Of a stretch of DNA of 29,207 nucleotides, positions 8,642 to 14,639 are shown in pieces. Position 1 is the stretch's first letter; each line of letters starts with the position of its first letter. The stretch is from a virus (taxonomy: Duplodnaviria; Caudoviricetes), in IMG/VR virus record IMGVR_UViG_3300033076_000615, positions 1 to 29,207 of that record, one strand, 5' to 3'. The position numbers and the translations under genes are program-made. The notes under the pieces were generated by a model. It was given only the letters and a program-made list of their open reading frames with translations, was not told where the DNA came from and did not search any database.

Positions 8642-8651
8642 GGAGCTTACG

Positions 8652-9578
8652 ATGAAGATTGTAAAAATCAGCGACATTAAAGGCACAGAGCGCGAAGTGC
8701 ATTGCCCGAAAGGCGGTTTTGTATCTAACCGCATTTTGCTTGAGCAGGATGGCATGGGCTACGGAATGACCAAAACGGTCATTCCGCCGAATGGGCCGCA
8801 GCATTGGCACTACAAAAATCATTTGGAATCGTGCTACTGCGTAAGTGGTCGCGGCATTTTGACCAATCTCGCCACTGGCGAGAAACATAACATTGAGCCT
8901 GACACGACTTATGTGCTGGACAAACACGATGACCATACGTTTGAGGCGCTGGAAACCGTCACGCTAATCTGCGCCTTTAACCCGCCGCTTACTGGGCGCG
9001 AAGTGCATCAGGCGGATGGCAGCTATGCCGTCAAGGATTCCGGATTTAAGTCCCCGGTTTACAACGTCAAGCGCGTGCCTATCGGCAAGGTGAAGGCCAA
9101 CGACTACAACCCCAACAGTGTTGCGCCGCCTGAAATGGCGCTTTTGGAAACGTCAATTTGGGAGGACGGCTACACACAGCCAATCGTGACCTTCTACGAC
9201 GGCGCTAACGACACTTACATTGTGGTTGACGGCTTTCACCGCTACAGCACGATCCTAAACAGCGCCAGGATTCGAGAGCGTGAGCAGGGTCACTTGCCGA
9301 TTGTCGTCATTGACAAAGAGATTGGCGACCGCATGGCTTCAACCATTCGCCATAACCGTGCGCGCGGCTCTCACAATATTGAATTGATGAGCAACATCGT
9401 TGCCGAGCTTGTTGAAATGGGCAAGGGCGACCGCTGGATTTGCGAACACATTGGCATGAGCGCCGATGAGCTTTTGCGGCTAAAGCAGATTACCGGCGTC
9501 GCCGCTCTGTTTGCGAATCGTGATTTTTCCAAAAGCTGGGATGCCGAAGCCGGATGGGATGAGCGCGACGATGAATAG
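8652..9578 (+). CDS. fusion of an ectoine synthase (EctC)-like cupin and a ParB/Srx-like IbrB/YbdM domain
   Basis: First ~125 aa: SNRILLEQDGMG, HYKNHLESCYC.SGRG, YVLDKHDDH, FNPPLTGREVH..DGSY (EctC signatures). C-terminal part: ANDYNPNSVAPPEM, GYTQPIV, VVDGFHR, ASTIRHNRARGSH (IbrB). AAGGAG RBS. Confidence 0.9.
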   Translation: MKIVKISDIKGTEREVHCPKGGFVSNRILLEQDGMGYGMTKTVIPPNGPQHWHYKNHLESCYCVSGRGILTNLATGEKHNIEPDTTYVLDKHDDHTFEALETVTLICAFNPPLTGREVHQADGSYAVKDSGFKSPVYNVKRVPIGKVKANDYNPNSVAPPEMALLETSIWEDGYTQPIVTFYDGANDTYIVVDGFHRYSTILNSARIREREQGHLPIVVIDKEIGDRMASTIRHNRARGSHNIELMSNIVAELVEMGKGDRWICEHIGMSADELLRLKQITGVAALFANRDFSKSWDAEAGWDERDDE

Positions 9579-9990
9579 GATTTATCACCCGTGGCACAAA
9601 TGGGAGTGCTACAAAGCAGGTTTCTACTCATCGTCGCCGCCAGCGGGAATGACGGCAGATGATGCCAGGGAGGAATACGCAATATTCCTTTCTGACTTGC
9701 CACGGTTTAAGGATGCAATGCATCGTGTTGTTAGGAGCTGGCCGCACTCTTGCGACCAGTTCCTATCTAACGAACACATCAACCGCATTGCGTGGCTAGG
9801 CCAATCATCCATGTGTATTGAAACCGGAGTTTCAAGCGTTTTCCGAGGTGGGTTCCGCCTGTTAACACCGGGGCAGCAATTGGCCGCTAATGCCGCTGCA
9901 GAATATCATCTTAAAAAATGGTTAAAGGGGAAAGGCGATGAAGCGAGTGGAGAGATACATCAATGCATGGATGCAATGCGGTTATTCTGA
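9571..9990 (+). CDS. conserved hypothetical protein of the IbrAB-like cassette
   Basis: RIYHPWHKWECYKAGFY...NRIAWLGQ; overlaps the upstream stop codon. Confidence 0.8.
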   Translation: MNRIYHPWHKWECYKAGFYSSSPPAGMTADDAREEYAIFLSDLPRFKDAMHRVVRSWPHSCDQFLSNEHINRIAWLGQSSMCIETGVSSVFRGGFRLLTPGQQLAANAAAEYHLKKWLKGKGDEASGEIHQCMDAMRLF

Positions 9991-10189
9991 CGATATTCCT
10001 GATGAGGTTCCCAACGAGCTAATGCAGCTTGGGATAGCTCCATCATACAAAGCAATAGCAATCGCAATACTGAAAAACGATATTTATTTTCATTCACTAG
10101 GATTTCCCGCAACTCCTACGCCTTGGTATTACGCGCTCAAGAGCGTCCAATTCAAAGACGAGAAAAAGCAATACGAACTTTTTTTGTAG
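9938..10189 (+). CDS. stand-alone DUF3440 C-terminal-like protein
   Basis: YINAW..CGYSDDIPDEVP...APSYKAIAIAILKND resembles the C-terminus of 7343-8641 (FPDHV...ASWKRFAITILKND). Confidence 0.75.
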   Translation: MKRVERYINAWMQCGYSDDIPDEVPNELMQLGIAPSYKAIAIAILKNDIYFHSLGFPATPTPWYYALKSVQFKDEKKQYELFL

Positions 10190-10222
10190 AAACCGATTCG
10201 GCAATAAAACAAGGTAGAAAAA

Positions 10223-10468
10223 ATGAAACGTGATCTTGGATTTCGATGCCACAAATGTGATGCCGCGCTGCCTTTACACAATCCAGATTGCTCATGGTCA
10301 CCAGAAAACATGCGAAAAGGCTTAATACAGACTCTTGCCGCTGCATCGCCTGACTGGCTTCAAGAATGGCGAGACGTGATGGTGAAGCAGGGGCGAGACA
10401 CTGAAATGCACAATCTTCTAAACGCCGCACACGCATACAAAACCAATCAAGGAGCTTTGCCGTTATGA
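10223..10468 (+). CDS. hypothetical protein (CxxC..H..C)
   Basis: 81 aa ORF with RBS, coupled to the downstream gene. Confidence 0.7.
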   Translation: MKRDLGFRCHKCDAALPLHNPDCSWSPENMRKGLIQTLAAASPDWLQEWRDVMVKQGRDTEMHNLLNAAHAYKTNQGALPL

Positions 10469-10824
10469 GTGACACGCATGAATTGAAATCATTGCAGGTC
10501 AGGAGGGAAAAGTTGCTCGCTGAATCTAAGCAGTTTGCTCAGGAAATTGAACGCATACGAAAGCAAAAGTCAGGAGTTGACGCCGAGATCAGCATGCTTG
10601 AGCAACGTATTGAATCAATGACTGAGCGGGAGCCGGTTGTTACTGAGCATGCCATGTTGCGGTATGTGGAGCGTGTTATGGGTATTGACCTTAACGGTAT
10701 CAAAAACTCCATTTTGACCGAGCAAAACCGCAAGATGATTGCCTTTGCTGGTAGTTGCAGGATCAAGTCTGGCAACGTCGAGTTTGTGGTCAAAGATCGT
10801 CGCGTTATCAGCGTGGTGGGCTAA
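10465..10824 (+). CDS. coiled-coil hypothetical protein (VTEHAMLRYVERV motif)
   Basis: 119 aa; common phage family motif. Confidence 0.8.
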   Translation: MSDTHELKSLQVRREKLLAESKQFAQEIERIRKQKSGVDAEISMLEQRIESMTEREPVVTEHAMLRYVERVMGIDLNGIKNSILTEQNRKMIAFAGSCRIKSGNVEFVVKDRRVISVVG

Positions 10825-10827
10825 CCC

Positions 10828-11028
10828 ATGAGCGAAAAGACAACCCCTTGTGATGGGCGCAGCCAATACACTCAATATCGCCCACACGCATTGCGGCTTG
10901 CCGAGCGATACGACTTTGGCGCTCGCATCATCAGCCGGATGCTGCTGATTGATTGCAATGTCCAGGTGCCCGTTTACGTGCTGCAAAAGTGGCTGCACCC
11001 TCAGAAGCTGAACGGATTGAAGAAGTGA
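10828..11028 (+). CDS. hypothetical protein
   Basis: 66 aa, fills the operon. Confidence 0.6.
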   Translation: MSEKTTPCDGRSQYTQYRPHALRLAERYDFGARIISRMLLIDCNVQVPVYVLQKWLHPQKLNGLKK

Positions 11029-11315
11029 CCCGCACGCACGTTGCTCGCTATCGCCTATCCGGCCCAATGGCGGGCGTTGTCGTCATCCTCAAGCAGATCA
11101 TGGGCGCGCATCTCTGGCGCATCGTGTTCCACATTGACCTGACCACTGGCGAGCGGGAGACGAACACTGTCAATATTGATGCGCCGATCCCGCTGATGGC
11201 GCTGCAAGGCACCTGTGCGCGCATCATTGACGAGATGTTCAAAGGCCGGGACGTCGTGGCAACATCGGCGGGATGGGATGTTTACTTGGTTAAAACGAAA
11301 GGAGCTAAAGCATGA
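11025..11315 (+). CDS. hypothetical protein
   Basis: GTG start overlapping the upstream TGA; 96 aa. Confidence 0.65.
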   Translation: MTRTHVARYRLSGPMAGVVVILKQIMGAHLWRIVFHIDLTTGERETNTVNIDAPIPLMALQGTCARIIDEMFKGRDVVATSAGWDVYLVKTKGAKA

Positions 11316-11734
11316 GTGAACAAAAAGATATGCGCATCGCTGAACTGGAATCAATGCTGCGAGACAGTCTGACGCGTGAGAAGGAAATGGTAGATCGCGG
11401 AATGAAAAGGTCGCTTGATCACAGCAAGGCCGTTGATGATTTGCTGGCTATGATGGAAAAGAGGGATGCGCGAATTGCGGAACTGACCGCGCAGGTTCAG
11501 GGAAAGGAGTTTTTGGAGAGCCTGAGCGCGACGACTGTTGTCGGGATCGCAGAGCTTGAGGCGCTGCGAAAGGATGCGGAGAGGTATCGGTGGCTGCAAT
11601 CTCTTGATGGAGTCTATGATTGTGATGAGTTAATCCCCGGCGGATATGGGTCTCTCGATGTTTCTTTTTGGCACGGGAAGCCAACGCTTGACGAAGCTAT
11701 AGACGCCGCCATGGCGCAGGAGAAATCCGCATGA
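11312..11734 (+). CDS. Ead/Ea22-like accessory protein (LRKDAERYRWL...LDEAIDAAM)
   Basis: Common phage motif; AAGGAG RBS. Confidence 0.8.
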   Translation: MSEQKDMRIAELESMLRDSLTREKEMVDRGMKRSLDHSKAVDDLLAMMEKRDARIAELTAQVQGKEFLESLSATTVVGIAELEALRKDAERYRWLQSLDGVYDCDELIPGGYGSLDVSFWHGKPTLDEAIDAAMAQEKSA

Positions 11735-12033
11735 CCCTATCCGAAGCCCGCGCTATCTTGAATGCGCATAACGACTGGCGGCGTGGATTGCCGCCATATG
11801 ATGCGCCCTATCCTGTTCCAGAGCCGCATCTGCCGAGCCAAGTTGGGCTTGCCATTGATGTGCTGTTGGCTAATACGGAGCCGCCTGCGAGCGAGGCGGT
11901 GCAGGTGCCGGATGAGATGCAGCCGTATGGCGAGAACGACAGCGACCTTGACGCTTACTCTTACGGCTACGAATTGGGGAAAGTTGAAGGCTGGAACGCC
12001 TGCCGCGCCGTCATGCTCGCCGTCAAGCCATGA
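11731..12033 (+). CDS. hypothetical accessory protein (HNDWRRG; GWNACRAVML)
   Basis: Common phage modules; shares PASEAVQVPD with 2250-2711. Confidence 0.75.
   Translation: MTLSEARAILNAHNDWRRGLPPYDAPYPVPEPHLPSQVGLAIDVLLANTEPPASEAVQVPDEMQPYGENDSDLDAYSYGYELGKVEGWNACRAVMLAVKP
11883..11914. repeat. 32-bp exact inverted repeat, partner at 2381-2412
   Basis: gcctgcgagcgaggcggtgcaggtgccggatg. Confidence 0.9.
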
Positions 12034-12206
12034 AGCAACCACTTCGCACATGGCCCGCAGCGAAGCTCGAATCCGCCGCACAGCGGGCGGCAGATGCGCT
12101 GTCCGCTACTCCGCCAGCATCGCGGCGCAGTGCGGCGCTCAAGGGCTGGATTACGCGGTATAGCTCGCAACGGTTTAGGGTTGCTCAGAGGGGGTTGGAG
12201 ATATGA
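12030..12206 (+). CDS. hypothetical protein, 58 aa
   Basis: Not in the ORF track; MKQPLRTWPAAK...RGLEI; ATGA overlaps at both ends. Confidence 0.6.
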   Translation: MKQPLRTWPAAKLESAAQRAADALSATPPASRRSAALKGWITRYSSQRFRVAQRGLEI

Positions 12207-12628
12207 TCCTCTGCGCGATTGACCCAGGCGTTAACACCGGCTACGCAGAGCTAGCAGTCGGCAAGCTAATCCGCGTCGAAACCATGCAGATTCACGAGGC
12301 CATTTTTCGCATCGAGGATTTGCGCAAGCAATCGCGCATCGTTGTCGTATTTGAGGACGCCCGCCAGCGTAAGTGGTTCGGCAAGGCAGGACGCGAGCAA
12401 CTGCAAGGCGCTGGCAGCATCAAGCGCGATTGCACCGTCTGGCAAGACTACCTGCAAGCCGCTGGCGTGCCATATCTCGCCGTCAAGCCGAAAGCAGGTG
12501 CTACCAAGTGGACAGTGGAATATCTTGCACAGCAGACAGGCTGGACAGCGCGCACGAGCGAACATGCCCGCGACGCTGCTGCGTTGGCATGGCTGCATCG
12601 GCACTATGCGGAGGCGCTTGCAAAGTAG
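12203..12628 (+). CDS. RuvC-like Holliday junction resolvase
   Basis: AIDPGVNTGYA, VVVFED, EHARDAAALA acidic catalytic motifs. Confidence 0.85.
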   Translation: MILCAIDPGVNTGYAELAVGKLIRVETMQIHEAIFRIEDLRKQSRIVVVFEDARQRKWFGKAGREQLQGAGSIKRDCTVWQDYLQAAGVPYLAVKPKAGATKWTVEYLAQQTGWTARTSEHARDAAALAWLHRHYAEALAK

Positions 12629-12650
12629 CGCAAGACGTTGCACTATTCAT

Positions 12651-12684
12651 CTGCCCAGTTAACGCGGGGCAGCTTTGAACTTTT
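12651..12684 (+). terminator. putative intrinsic terminator after the resolvase gene
   Basis: ctgccc/gggcag stem followed by an interrupted T-rich tract. Confidence 0.45.
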
Positions 12685-12705
12685 ACGCCCTTTGCTCGTA
12701 GTAAT
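12675..12705 (+). promoter_or_regulatory. possible promoter for the tmRNA gene
   Basis: TTGAAC then TAGTAAT at 18-19 nt spacing, immediately upstream of the acceptor piece. Confidence 0.35.
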
Positions 12706-12848
12706 CCGCCTATGCATGCAAGCGGTGATTGGAGATTGGCGAAAGCCGGGGCACCAAACACTGTGGTCGTTCGCAGTGAGCTTGTATCGCTGTATGAAGT
12801 AGAGGGGATGCATTCAAGACGCGGGTTCGACTCCCGCCAGCTCCACCA

Positions 12849-12963
12849 AAAGCAGTCTCACTCTTGTTCTCAGCAAGAGGCGGAACAACAGAAAGGAGCA
12901 TTTTGGCCTGAGAACCGAAATTTCTCCGAGTAACCCGAAAGGTGCGCAGAGACTGTTTTTGAT
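12849..12963 (+). ncRNA. structured intervening segment of the tmRNA (multi-branch, complementary loops)
   Basis: 11-bp closing helix 12849-59/12949-59; hairpin ctcttg-ttctcag-caagag; hairpin 12895-12927 with loop cctgagaa; loops complementary over 7 nt; short GAAA-capped hairpin at ~12933-43. Confidence 0.7.
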
Positions 12964-13048
12964 GGGGCTGTCATGGTTTCGATTGAATGAGCAACCGATA
13001 TGGACAGCGGGATAGGTGACGGCCCTAAGCCGCACAAACTTGACACCT

Positions 13049-13081
13049 GCCAATGACAGCGTGTTTGCGCAGGTCGCCTAA
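13049..13081 (+). other. tmRNA proteolysis-tag reading frame (A)ANDSVFAQVA
   Basis: gcc aat gac agc gtg ttt gcg cag gtc gcc taa; AND start and 10-codon length match the proteobacterial tag pattern. Confidence 0.9.
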
Positions 13082-13130
13082 AAAACGGCCCCGCTGAGGT
13101 TTGATCGCCTCATCACCGAATGATCCTTCA

Positions 13131-13153
13131 AAGGCCCCTCACGGGGCTTTTGT
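13131..13153 (+). terminator. intrinsic terminator of the tmRNA gene
   Basis: gcccc-tcac-ggggc followed by ttttgt, with an A-run upstream (possibly bidirectional). Confidence 0.8.
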
Positions 13154-13212
13154 CGTTAAGTTCCCGTCACTATCGGCGGAAACAACCGCTCAAAATCCTA
13201 CCCACTTGCACC

Positions 13213-13245
13213 AAGCTGCGTCATCGATGGCGGGGCTTTTTGTTT
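13213..13245 (+). terminator. second terminator-like hairpin
   Basis: aagc..cgtcat/atggcg..gctt imperfect stem followed by tttttgttt. Confidence 0.5.
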
Positions 13246-13350
13246 CCGATGAACGGTATTGATTGGCATAGCTCATGCGCGCATTATTGCCCGTGCTGGA
13301 TTGGAGCAACACGAGCCCTTAGAACGGTTCCGCCCCTCGCTTAGGTCGCC

Positions 13351-13375
13351 AAACCTTCGCGAGGGTTTTTTGTTT
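13351..13375. terminator. terminator-like hairpin at the end of the convergent late operon
   Basis: aaacctt-cgcg-agggttt followed by tttgttt, ~12 nt from the last late-gene stop codon. Confidence 0.65.
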
Positions 13376-13386
13376 CCGACGCCCAA

Positions 13387-13689
13387 TCAACCCCTGCGCC
13401 GCTCAACGCCCGCAAACAGCGCTTTTGGAGGCCCAAACTTCCAAGCCCTAGAGCTTGCCAGCAGCGAGCAGAACGATGCGCCCATGAAGAACGTGACCGG
13501 GCGAGTCACCTCTCCCCATCCCACAAAGGGCGAGATTGCCATTGCGATGGCCCCTGCGCCGACCATTGACCAGGCCCAGCGCACTTCCCATCTGACCAGC
13601 GATGTGGACAGGTGTATGCGGCAAAAGGCCATGTAGGCCACGCCGAGGCTGAAAGCCTCATAAATGCACAATAGAGTCAGTGCCATCAT
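13387..13689 (-). CDS. membrane protein (holin-like cluster)
   Basis: 100 aa with three hydrophobic segments; ATGA overlap, AAGGAAGGTG RBS. Confidence 0.7.
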   Translation of the reverse strand: MMALTLLCIYEAFSLGVAYMAFCRIHLSTSLVRWEVRWAWSMVGAGAIAMAISPFVGWGEVTRPVTFFMGASFCSLLASSRAWKFGPPKALFAGVERRRG

Positions 13690-14048
13690 TCACCTTCCTT
13701 GCTGATGCGCTTCCGTGCGCTCGTCAATGCTGCATCCTTGAGCTTGAACCAGTCATCGCCAATGATCGCAATGAGAAACGCGAGCGGGGCCGTTAGTTCA
13801 GCCGCCTCAATGCCCACATAACTGGAAATGAAGCGGGAGACAATCCCCGTCATGAATGTAGCAATCGTGACGCAACGGAAAATGAACAGGGCGCTCGTGG
13901 CGCGGCTTTCGCGTCTGGCGCGACTGAGCGCGACCAGGGAGCCAAACAGTGCGGCAATGACGATGCCCGCATACTGGCCTGCAAACGGGGCACTGGCTGC
14001 GATTACAGCAGAGGCGATAGCGGTCGTTTCATCGGTTCGGTCGATCAT
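13686..14048 (-). CDS. putative holin
   Basis: Three to four hydrophobic helices (AALFGSLVALS...), basic C-terminus; start reassigned to ATG 14048. Confidence 0.65.
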   Translation of the reverse strand: MIDRTDETTAIASAVIAASAPFAGQYAGIVIAALFGSLVALSRARRESRATSALFIFRCVTIATFMTGIVSRFISSYVGIEAAELTAPLAFLIAIIGDDWFKLKDAALTSARKRISKEGE

Positions 14049-14379
14049 CTCTGTGCGCCCATAGGTAGGTAATGGCAGATGCCGCAACTACTGCATACGG
14101 CCAATAACCGTATTGCTCAATACAAAGGCCGGACGCGAGCGGAACCTCAATGCCATAGCCCGTCATCCCGCATACAGCCGTCTGCGATTCCTCAAATACT
14201 CCAAGCCAGCACGCCGCCGACATGATCATGCTCTTTGACGATGCGCCGATGATCGCGAACAGCAGCGCACCTTCAATCCCGCGCAAGACGTAGAACACGG
14301 CTTCGGCTTGCGTGGGGGTTGCACAAAGGTAATACCCGTAATGCGTGACCAGCACGATTGCGAGCAGCCAATACTTCAC
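14029..14379 (-). CDS. membrane protein
   Basis: 116 aa with several hydrophobic segments; GTG start coupled to the upstream stop. Confidence 0.7.
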   Translation of the reverse strand: MKYWLLAIVLVTHYGYYLCATPTQAEAVFYVLRGIEGALLFAIIGASSKSMIMSAACWLGVFEESQTAVCGMTGYGIEVPLASGLCIEQYGYWPYAVVAASAITYLWAHRDDRPNR

Positions 14380-14456
14380 TTCTTCTTCTTCACCGGGAAT
14401 CCCGTTTTCAGGGGTTTTGCCGGGGGTTTGCGAGGGCCGGGGCCGCCTTTTGCCAT
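14376..14456 (-). CDS. very small basic Pro/Lys-rich peptide, 26 aa
   Basis: MAKGGPGPRKPPAKPLKTGFPVKKKK; strong AAGGAGA RBS; GTGA overlap with the next gene. Confidence 0.65.
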   Translation of the reverse strand: MAKGGPGPRKPPAKPLKTGFPVKKKK

Positions 14457-14466
14457 GTGATTCTCC

Positions 14467-14625
14467 TTAGCCTTTCTTGATGACGCCAGCGCCGCCAAAC
14501 AACAGCGCGAGCATCTGCGCGATTGGCTGGTAGGGCAACGGGACGATGGGGATCAGTGCAGCGGTAGCGCCTGCGATTGCTGCATGGGTTGAAGGCTCAG
14601 AGAGCCGTGCAAAAAGCCACTTCAT
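14467..14625 (-). CDS. small two-TM holin-like protein
   Basis: MKWLFARLSEPSTHAAIAG..., RLxEPST motif of small phage holins; AAGGAG RBS; directly after the endolysin. Confidence 0.75.
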   Translation of the reverse strand: MKWLFARLSEPSTHAAIAGATAALIPIVPLPYQPIAQMLALLFGGAGVIKKG

Positions 14626-14639
14626 GGTTACTCCTTTGG

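Larger units (their letters stand above)
12712..13120 (+). ncRNA. ssrA: circularly permuted (two-piece) tmRNA: acceptor piece ~12712-12848, intervening segment 12849-12963, coding piece 12964-~13120; outer ends approximate
   Basis: T-arm gcggg-ttcgact-cccgc (12821-12837) plus cagctcc-A-CCA (12838-12848) lies upstream of GGGGCTG...GGTTTCGA (12964); 7-bp acceptor stem with a G3:U alanine determinant; ttgaatg 12983-89 pairs cattcaa 12811-17; acagcg 13004-09 pairs cgctgt 12788-93; tag ANDSVFAQVA* at 13049-13081. Confidence 0.93.

Noticed and set aside
8577-8651. Longer start or frameshift fusion between the IbrA-like and EctC-ParB genes
   Set aside because: A strong AAGGAG precedes ATG 8652, and EctC similarity starts there.
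8652-9030. Auxiliary ectoine biosynthesis pathway
   Set aside because: No ectA, ectB or ask gene is in the window and the domain is fused to ParB; osmolyte synthesis is not excluded but is unsupported.
12818-12848. tRNA gene, or an attP/attR fragment of a host tRNA/tmRNA
   Set aside because: No anticodon or D arm lies upstream. The matching 5' acceptor strand and tag ORF lie downstream, so it is a full permuted tmRNA. Phage genes flank both sides and no integrase is visible.
12905-12921. ctgagaaccgaaa as a hammerhead ribozyme or TPP riboswitch core
   Set aside because: The helix arrangement and remaining conserved nucleotides of either family are missing; the segment is better explained as the loop of hairpin B.
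12710-13344. ORFs 12710-12901, 12712-12933, 12814-13053 and 13120-13344 from the track
   Set aside because: They overlap the tmRNA and terminators, and lack RBSs or protein motifs.
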